Virus record (IMG/VR): IMGVR_UViG_3300028844_003870
Source of the DNA: a virus
DNA: 49,893 nucleotides
Direction: 5' to 3' (one strand)
The notes below the pieces were generated by a model that was not told the origin of the DNA, did not search any database, and saw nothing but the letters and a program-made list of their open reading frames with translations. The position numbers and the translations under genes are program-made. Positions 43,951 through 49,820 of the stretch are shown here, piece after piece (within the stretch, counting starts at the first letter, position 1; each line of letters opens with the position of its first letter).

Positions 43951-44306
43951 TCACCCCCAAACTCAATTTTACCTAGTGATTTGCCTACAATCATACCGTA
44001 TGTGCTAGGGCAATCCCATATTATGGAGCTAACACGGTGATTAGAATTGATAGGCTCCTTTAAAAATTCCCCAGTGTAATAACAGATGAACTCACGCCCT
44101 TCAAATAGGCAAGGGTACCAATGCCCTTTAATGAATTCGCGCGGTTTGATTCTGAATTTGTAAAGACCTTCTGTGTCAGCTATAACATTAGGAGCTTCCA
44201 CGTAAACTACCGAATTTGAGCCAGTTATCATTTCAACCTGTTTTGATGTGTCACCAATCAATTCAACTATCAAATCATGGTGTGGGTGTTTGTTGTTATT
44301 TTTCAT
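43947..44306 (-). CDS. hypothetical protein, paralog B (119 aa)
   Basis: Paralog of 40706-41035. Confidence 0.6.
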   Translation of the reverse strand: MKNNNKHPHHDLIVELIGDTSKQVEMITGSNSVVYVEAPNVIADTEGLYKFRIKPREFIKGHWYPCLFEGREFICYYTGEFLKEPINSNHRVSSIIWDCPSTYGMIVGKSLGKIEFGGE

Positions 44307-44384
44307 TGTTACTTCCTTAATTACTTGTTAGTTTACATAATAATGTATCAAGTGATATTATAAACCGTGATGTAACTCATGCTT

Positions 44385-44726
44385 TTACATAACACCCATA
44401 TGAACATCAACATCATTAAATGATATAAAGTGATTTGCTATACCGCTTATAGAGCTCATTTGATGTCCAGTTGCCTTTCCAGTGCATCTATAATTAACAC
44501 CATTAATAATGATTACAGAATCTGATGCACCGCTGTAAACAAGATCAACCAGCAGGTCTGACTCTTTTGATCCAGATTCGCAAGTTACTCTTATCGCAAT
44601 TGACCACGATGCGCATCCATTTGATGGGCTTGTCAGCTCCCCAGTCACATTTTTAATTGAATGCCCTGCCCATATAAACTCCATGACTGCATTTTTAATC
44701 AAACGTCCTCCCCATATGAATTCCAT
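44385..44726 (-). CDS. hypothetical protein with duplicated N-terminus
   Basis: MEFIWGGRLIKNAV / MEFIWAGHSIKNVT: a 42-nt tandem duplication at the 5' end. Confidence 0.5.
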   Translation of the reverse strand: MEFIWGGRLIKNAVMEFIWAGHSIKNVTGELTSPSNGCASWSIAIRVTCESGSKESDLLVDLVYSGASDSVIIINGVNYRCTGKATGHQMSSISGIANHFISFNDVDVHMGVM

Positions 44727-44785
44727 AACTTACCCCGTATATTTATTTGTGTTAAAGTATAATAATCTAAACAGAAAACATTTAA

Positions 44786-44801
44786 TGTTAACCACGTCAC
44801 A
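44786..44801. promoter_or_regulatory. TGTTA-N6-TCACA dyad
   Basis: TGTTAACCACGTCACA, 13 nt upstream of the 44815 ATG; leader 13-mer shared with 10951-10963. Confidence 0.5.
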
Positions 44802-44814
44802 CTTTAGGTAACTC

Positions 44815-45711
44815 ATGGCTATATTATCAAGTAAAGATTTATTGCAACAACAACTGGCAGAAATTAGCGAGTTACAAGCAGCTAAAACAAAGCCTGTGGA
44901 ACTGCCGAAAGATATAGGTGTGCAATACAATGCTTCACTGCAAAAACTTGTTAGGGCTATGAATAAGGATATTAACAAAGCCATCTTGCCGCAGGTTAAG
45001 GCGTTGAAGTTTGAATACACTGCAGATAGCTGGGTTGATGTTATTGAAGTGACTATTGCAGCATTAAAAGCACGATGGAATGGCGAACGGTTTAATCAAT
45101 GGGCTAGTCGAACAGCTTCGACGTTTATTAATTCAGTAAATCAAAGTAACCAGGAAAAATTAAACAAGCAATTTAAAAGCTTTGGTATTAATGTTTTCGG
45201 TAATAATACGGCTGTAAGTGATTACCTTGATGCTTCAGTGAAAGATAACGTGCGATTAATAACGTCCATACAAGAGCAGTATTTAACGCAAGTTGAAAGC
45301 ATAGTGTTGGGTGGCATGCGTCAGGGCTCAATGCCTAGTGCAATTACAGAGCAGCTACAAGCGCAGTTTGGCATTACTAAGCGCAGGGCTAGGGTAATAT
45401 CGAGAGATCAGACTTCTAAGGCTGCAAATGGACTAGCCAAAAAAAGAATGGAGTCGGCAGGTGTTAAATACTTTCAGTGGCTAGATAGCAATGACCAAAG
45501 AGTAAGAACTCGTCATCGTCACATTGCCAACAATGTGACCAAATATGGAAAGGGTATTTATTCTTTTGATGATTTACCTATAGGTGAGCAAGGTGTGCCT
45601 GTGGCTCCAGGAGATCCAATACAATGTCGCTGTGTAATGAGGCCAGTGCTAGAAAGTGAAATAAAGGCCAACATAAAAGCTGGCCGTATTGATAAGGGTG
45701 TTAGGCGTTAA
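44815..45711 (+). CDS. head morphogenesis protein (Mu F / SPP1 gp7-like)
   Basis: ...WLDSNDQRVRTRHRHIAN...PGDPIQCRCV typical of the Mu F family. Confidence 0.75.
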   Translation: MAILSSKDLLQQQLAEISELQAAKTKPVELPKDIGVQYNASLQKLVRAMNKDINKAILPQVKALKFEYTADSWVDVIEVTIAALKARWNGERFNQWASRTASTFINSVNQSNQEKLNKQFKSFGINVFGNNTAVSDYLDASVKDNVRLITSIQEQYLTQVESIVLGGMRQGSMPSAITEQLQAQFGITKRRARVISRDQTSKAANGLAKKRMESAGVKYFQWLDSNDQRVRTRHRHIANNVTKYGKGIYSFDDLPIGEQGVPVAPGDPIQCRCVMRPVLESEIKANIKAGRIDKGVRR

Positions 45712-45948
45712 CTACACCTTACTTAATTTTTCATCAATCTTTAGCAGCATGTAGCTCAGCCTGTTAGAGATTATATCAATTCTGCACATGTGTGCTGTTT
45801 GAAAGTCTATTCTAATGGTCATAGACACATTGTCTTTCTCGATGCGTATTTCGTAAAAGTTCTTTTTAGTGTCGATTACTATCTCATAATAAAGATCATT
45901 AGACCTCGCAAACTCTTTAACTTTCCTTTTTACGGCTGAGTGATCCAC
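45712..45948 (-). CDS. hypothetical protein (78 aa)
   Basis: ORF track. Confidence 0.5.
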   Translation of the reverse strand: MDHSAVKRKVKEFARSNDLYYEIVIDTKKNFYEIRIEKDNVSMTIRIDFQTAHMCRIDIISNRLSYMLLKIDEKLSKV

Positions 45949-46154
45949 TACTTCCCCTCCAATTCATTTATCTTATCATGTAGCAACCTAACGCGCGCTT
46001 TGAGAGATCTTTGATTCATCTTTAGTGAGTTAATAGCTAAAAACAAAGTCTCCGCTGTGTGCGTTATGCTGTCCGTATGAAGCAATTCAGCTTTAGACTC
46101 TTTTATTGCTTCTTCGATTTTCTTTGTGCTTAGGATGTTTAGCTTTGAACTCAT
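45948..46154 (-). CDS. hypothetical coiled-coil protein (68 aa)
   Basis: ORF track. Confidence 0.5.
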   Translation of the reverse strand: MSSKLNILSTKKIEEAIKESKAELLHTDSITHTAETLFLAINSLKMNQRSLKARVRLLHDKINELEGK

Positions 46155-46226
46155 ACATCACACCCCCATTTGTTAGCTCGATTTGATTTATAAAAGAATA
46201 GCCATTGCTGCAATTTGAATTTCATT

Positions 46227-46502
46227 TTAATAATCCTTAATGATAATTGTTCCGACTGGCTTGTCGGTAATTCCGACTAACTCAATGTTTACGTTTTCTT
46301 GCATCTCTGCAACAGATAAAGGGGCGCCAGTTGATATTACAAATGGAAAGGTTTTACCATCTGAATGCCCTTTGTTTTTATTGTCAGGCCACATGCGCAA
46401 TGCTGATACGTAATTACTAGCCACTACTAGCATATTATTTAACTGGTCGTAGTCTTTCTCTTTTGCTTCTAGGTGATATAAATTATTCATTTGCCACTCC
46501 AT
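46227..46502 (-). CDS. hypothetical protein (91 aa)
   Basis: ORF track. Confidence 0.55.
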   Translation of the reverse strand: MEWQMNNLYHLEAKEKDYDQLNNMLVVASNYVSALRMWPDNKNKGHSDGKTFPFVISTGAPLSVAEMQENVNIELVGITDKPVGTIIIKDY

Positions 46503-46731
46503 TGTTATTAACCTTACTTAGCAAGCAGAAAGCTGTATCTCTTGCTTCTTCCTCATTTATTTCAAAATCACTACCCATAACGATTTTGGTTATCGCTTCT
46601 AAATTTTCCGTGTCAGAAGCAGTTAGGGTGAAGTGAACACCGTTTTTACATAGTCCGATTGACTTTCCAGTGTTGAATTTTGATGGCTTATCAATTGTTC
46701 CGGTTACTCGCTTAAAGTTAATTGCTTTCAT
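46483..46731 (-). CDS. hypothetical protein (82 aa)
   Basis: ORF-track 46483-46755 (TTG) trimmed to the ATG after AAGAGG. Confidence 0.55.
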   Translation of the reverse strand: MKAINFKRVTGTIDKPSKFNTGKSIGLCKNGVHFTLTASDTENLEAITKIVMGSDFEINEEEARDTAFCLLSKVNNNGVANE

Positions 46732-46755
46732 TGCTATACCTCTTGTTAATTTCAA

Positions 46756-47259
46756 TATCCAAATAATACCCTAAACACCTAGGGCATGTTGTGATGGGTG
46801 TCACGATTATTTAACAGGGTTACTTTTTATCATTCAACCTCCTAAGTAAAGAGTCAATAAATAGCGCTAAATTGTGGTGATTATTGCCATTTTCCTGCAC
46901 CAATCCACCAAAGTGCAATTGTCTGTCGAAATGGATTTGCTTGCAGGCTATTGATATTAATAAGGAATCGGGATTCTCTGGACTTAGTACAGTAAGTACA
47001 CGCCCTAACGCACTAACTATAAATTTATCTCTAAATAATATTTAATAAAAAATATTATATATAATATATTGTATAATTGTACTTATAAGCTTTTTTAGAG
47101 TCTAAGTGTTTGATATTAAAAGGAAATCAAAAGTACAGTTCGACTGTTTTTTATGTGCACTTGTACAATTTGTTCGTTTTTTAACCAGTAAAGCTTTGTT
47201 TTATTATCTTTACTTGCCTAGGGAGGGTGTTAATATTTAGTTTTTAATCGAGGTGAAAA
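46756..47259. other. 500-bp noncoding control region
   Basis: No ORF of 60 aa or more. TGTACTTA motifs at 46993-47000 (rc), 47078-47085, 47131-47137 (rc); AGTAAAGAGT at 46847-46856; very AT-rich core 47030-47075. Confidence 0.6.
46790..46805. promoter_or_regulatory. TGTGA-N6-TCACG dyad
   Basis: TGTGATGGGTGTCACG, upstream of the minus-strand 46731 start. Confidence 0.45.
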
Positions 47260-47661
47260 ATGAAATTCGAACACGTAACAAGTAAAATTATCCAGTGGCA
47301 TCATGACCGCAACTTGATTGATGGTGCAACAGACTGGACGCAAACAGAAAAGATGATGGAAGAACTGTTAGAGTTGATTGCATCACAGCTACCAGGTGAA
47401 TATGAGCCGTCGGATATAGCCTTTGCAGGGAATCAGATTATTAATGACCTTTTGCTTAAGGGTAGAATTAAGTCTGTCGCAGAAGAAGATAAGGCAAAAG
47501 CAAAGTTAGATGCTTTAGGTGATATGACCGTTGTTGCTATCAACATCGCAGAACGTAATAGCTCATCATTAGATACATGCATGAACCTTGCGTGGAATGA
47601 AATTAAAGATCGTAAAGGTCAAATGATTAATGGTACTTTTATTAAGGAGTCGGATTTATGA
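47260..47661 (+). CDS. MazG-like nucleotide pyrophosphohydrolase
   Basis: IIQWHHDRNLIDGATDWTQTEKMMEELLEL typical of the MazG/NTP-PPase fold. Confidence 0.7.
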   Translation: MKFEHVTSKIIQWHHDRNLIDGATDWTQTEKMMEELLELIASQLPGEYEPSDIAFAGNQIINDLLLKGRIKSVAEEDKAKAKLDALGDMTVVAINIAERNSSSLDTCMNLAWNEIKDRKGQMINGTFIKESDL

Positions 47662-48113
47662 ACATATTAAAATTGCTAGAGTTTGAAGAGGGTTATCGCG
47701 AAAAGCCATACATTGATAGCCTTGGTTACCCAACGGTTGCCATAGGTAAGCGTATAGGCCCAAAAGGCGCATCAATTGACCTGTACCAGTTTAAGGTGTC
47801 AAAGCTAATGGCTTCTTTGTGGCTAGAGGAAGAAGTTGCTCATACCGTTCGCGTTGCTAATGCGCAGGAATGGTTTAAGCCTTTAAGCGATGATCGAAAG
47901 GTAATTATCCTATCGATGATTTATCAAATGGGCTTGGTTGGCGTGCTTAAGTTTAAAAATATGATTAAAGCTTTAGAGTCTCGCAACTGGAAAGAAGCAG
48001 AGAAGCAAGCTTTAGATAGTTTGTGGGCGCGACAAACCCCTGAGCGAGCATTGCGCCATGCTAAGGCGTTAGGTGGTGATAAACTGGCGGATGTGTACAA
48101 AGGTTTAATTTGA
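47658..48113 (+). CDS. endolysin, T4-type lysozyme (GH24)
   Basis: LLEFEEGYREKPYIDSLGYPTVAIG carries the E-D-T catalytic triad spacing. Confidence 0.85.
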   Translation: MNILKLLEFEEGYREKPYIDSLGYPTVAIGKRIGPKGASIDLYQFKVSKLMASLWLEEEVAHTVRVANAQEWFKPLSDDRKVIILSMIYQMGLVGVLKFKNMIKALESRNWKEAEKQALDSLWARQTPERALRHAKALGGDKLADVYKGLI

Positions 48114-48130
48114 TGCAATTAGCATAACTA

Positions 48131-48166
48131 AGCATTGACCATCATATCAATGCTTGGTATTGTTTA
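48131..48166 (+). terminator. terminator-like hairpin after endolysin gene
   Basis: AGCATTGA-N8-TCAATGCT followed by a T-rich tail. Confidence 0.5.
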
Positions 48167-48194
48167 TCTCGTTGAGCGGAAACGCTTACCCGAC

Positions 48195-48213
48195 ACTCAG
48201 TAAAGAGTAAATC
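48195..48213 (+). repeat. 19-bp direct repeat, copy 1
   Basis: ACTCAGTAAAGAGTAAATC, identical to 48314-48332. Confidence 0.9.
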
Positions 48214-48310
48214 AATGCGCGGATCTGGAAATTGGTACGCATTGGCAACAAGCGGACGGATCAGATGGTGCGCAAAGTCGCATTACTGTTTCGATTCCAG
48301 CCCGCGCATT
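48214..48310 (+). ncRNA. structured element with tRNA T-loop-like motif (alternatively a 35-aa ORF 48215-48322)
   Basis: 9-bp closing stem AATGCGCGG/CCGCGCATT; GTTTCGATTCC at 48288-48298; GC-richer than its surroundings; I could not fold a cloverleaf. Confidence 0.35.
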
Positions 48311-48313
48311 TAT

Positions 48314-48332
48314 ACTCAGTAAAGAGTAAATC
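48314..48332 (+). repeat. 19-bp direct repeat, copy 2
   Basis: Identical 19-mer, followed by hairpin TTCAATG-N18-CATTGAA (48333-48364). Confidence 0.9.
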
Positions 48333-48566
48333 TTCAATGTAAGCGAACCGAATAGCGCATTGAATACCTTTCGGAGTTACTGGTGTGTTAACGCTGACTA
48401 ATAGGAAAGACTATTATTGATAGAAAGCTTCTTACTAAAAATAAGGTAGATGATTTATCTACCGCGCAGGTTTAAGCGCATAAGTGATGAAACAAGGCTC
48501 TAGTTAGATGCGATACTCAAGCACCCTATATCACAGGCAAGTGGCTTGCATGACGCGAGCAACCAA

Positions 48567-48648
48567 GGTGAATTAGCTCAGTTGGTAGAGCGCATAGGCG
48601 ACTAGTTAAGCCATGAGGCCATAGGTTCAAGTCCTATATTCACCGCCA
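48567..48648 (+). tRNA. tRNA-like gene with over-long anticodon arm (identity unassigned)
   Basis: Acceptor GGTGAAT/ATTCACC, D arm GCTC-AGTTGGTA-GAGC, T arm ATAGG-TTCAAGT-CCTAT, encoded GCCA tail. The anticodon arm is CAT(A)GGC-GACTAGTTAA-GCCATG (23 nt instead of 17). Confidence 0.6.
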
Positions 48649-48650
48649 AT

Positions 48651-48724
48651 GCGTTATTAGCTCATCGGTAGAGCAGCCGACTTTTAATCGGAAGTGGCAG
48701 GTTCAATTCCTGCATAGCGCTCCA
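48651..48724 (+). tRNA. tRNA-Lys: tRNA-Lys (anticodon UUU)
   Basis: Hand-folded cloverleaf: GCGTTAT-TA-GCTC-ATCGGTA-GAGC-A-GCCGA-CTTTTAA-TCGGA-AGTG-GCAGG-TTCAATT-CCTGC-ATAGCGC-T-CCA. Confidence 0.85.
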
Positions 48725-48820
48725 AATTAAAAATAAACTTCCTATCGTGTTGTCGATTTAAAGAAGAGAGGAGAATATCCTTTTTCAGGGAGACCAAATT
48801 CAAAACAAACAGGAATTGTC

Positions 48821-49294
48821 ATGCAAAAGTTTAAAGTGTTTATCTTATCAGCTATCATCGGAACGTCTTTGTCAGGGTGCCAGTTGCTAACGTCATCTGT
48901 TGATTTAGCTGCTGATACGATCCTAGCGTCTGTAGAAGTCGACGCAATGCAAACAGATTTGGGTAATTACGTTGATAATCAAACTGCACTGGACGAAGTT
49001 GATGCACTGCAAGCGGATATCTTAGAAACTTTAACTACTGGCAATGGCGCTGAATATTTATTTAGCTATCAAGGCCGCGCATTGATCGCTTATGCAACTT
49101 TACGAGATGAAGCTTTAAGTCGTTGGGACGAGTTATCAGCAGAGCAACAAACCAACCTGGTTGATTTAGATAATCAGTTAATTGCACTGAATGATGAATT
49201 TAACTCAATGAAAGACTCAACATCGTTCACGACTGAGATTTTAGATATTCTTTATCGCGCAGCTATCCTTATGAGTTATTACAAAGCAATCTAA
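48821..49294 (+). CDS. lipoprotein (157 aa)
   Basis: Signal peptide with lipobox LSGC (MQKFKVFILSAIIGTSLSGCQ); helical mature part. Confidence 0.7.
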   Translation: MQKFKVFILSAIIGTSLSGCQLLTSSVDLAADTILASVEVDAMQTDLGNYVDNQTALDEVDALQADILETLTTGNGAEYLFSYQGRALIAYATLRDEALSRWDELSAEQQTNLVDLDNQLIALNDEFNSMKDSTSFTTEILDILYRAAILMSYYKAI

Positions 49295-49296
49295 TT

Positions 49297-49416
49297 ATGG
49301 GCGAAGCGATGGTTGTTTTTCTTTGTGGTGTTGTCGCAATAACGTCAGTTGTTGGATTTGTTTTTGCAGGTCTAGGGATTTGTTTGTTATTTAATTTTAA
49401 AGGCATTCGTCGATAA
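49297..49416 (+). CDS. small single-pass membrane protein (39 aa)
   Basis: Hand-translated MGEAMVVFLCGVVAITSVVGFVFAGLGICLLFNFKGIRR; stop overlaps the next ATG. Confidence 0.4.
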   Translation: MGEAMVVFLCGVVAITSVVGFVFAGLGICLLFNFKGIRR

Positions 49417-49820
49417 TGGCCAAATACTCACTATTCAAATTGTTAAAGGCTCAAGATATGGCGCGTAAAGGCGTCATTTCTGGATCTAAAAGTTTTAAGA
49501 ATGCGAGTATTTTACAGCTAGTCGAGTATTGCAATGGATGTGGCGCTGCTGGTTCGTGGTTTCGCCCTCCTGCTTACATCTGGGGCACTTGGATAGGTGC
49601 GGCTTGCATTCCTCATGATTGGGATTACTCATTTGGCACAACTGAGTGGGGAAAGCTTAAAGCAGATCGCCGCATGTACAAAAACATAATAAAGTTAGTC
49701 ACTGCAGATGAAGCCGTTAACTGGTGGAAGCCTTTGATTCTGCAAAAGTCACGAGCAAATCTATACTATCAATCAGTCAGGAAGTTTGGCGGCAAGGCAT
49801 ACTGGAGGGGCAAAAAATAG
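49416..49820 (+). CDS. prokaryotic secreted-PLA2-like protein
   Basis: YCNGCGAAGS (Gly-rich loop), AACIPHDWDY (C-x-x-HD-x-x-Y) and C-terminal YYQSVRKFGG resemble the bacterial/fungal secreted phospholipase A2 family. Confidence 0.65.
   Translation: MAKYSLFKLLKAQDMARKGVISGSKSFKNASILQLVEYCNGCGAAGSWFRPPAYIWGTWIGAACIPHDWDYSFGTTEWGKLKADRRMYKNIIKLVTADEAVNWWKPLILQKSRANLYYQSVRKFGGKAYWRGKK

Noticed and set aside
46155-46229. 24-codon ORF (MKFKLQQWLFFYKSNRANKWGCDV) bridging 46227-46502 and 45948-46154
   Set aside because: It is coupled to both neighbours by overlapping stop/start codons. It is too short and featureless to support from sequence alone.
48216-48308. Calling the T-loop-containing element a bona fide (class II) tRNA
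   Set aside because: The acceptor-like stem and a near-canonical T-loop sequence are present. However, the T stem has two mismatches including the 53-61 position, and I could not draw D or anticodon arms. It is reported as an unclassified structured element.
48195-48332. Possible mini-CRISPR array from the 19-bp repeats
   Set aside because: There are only two copies, the spacer is 100 bp, the repeat is not palindromic, and there are no cas genes. I treat them as direct repeats framing structured elements.
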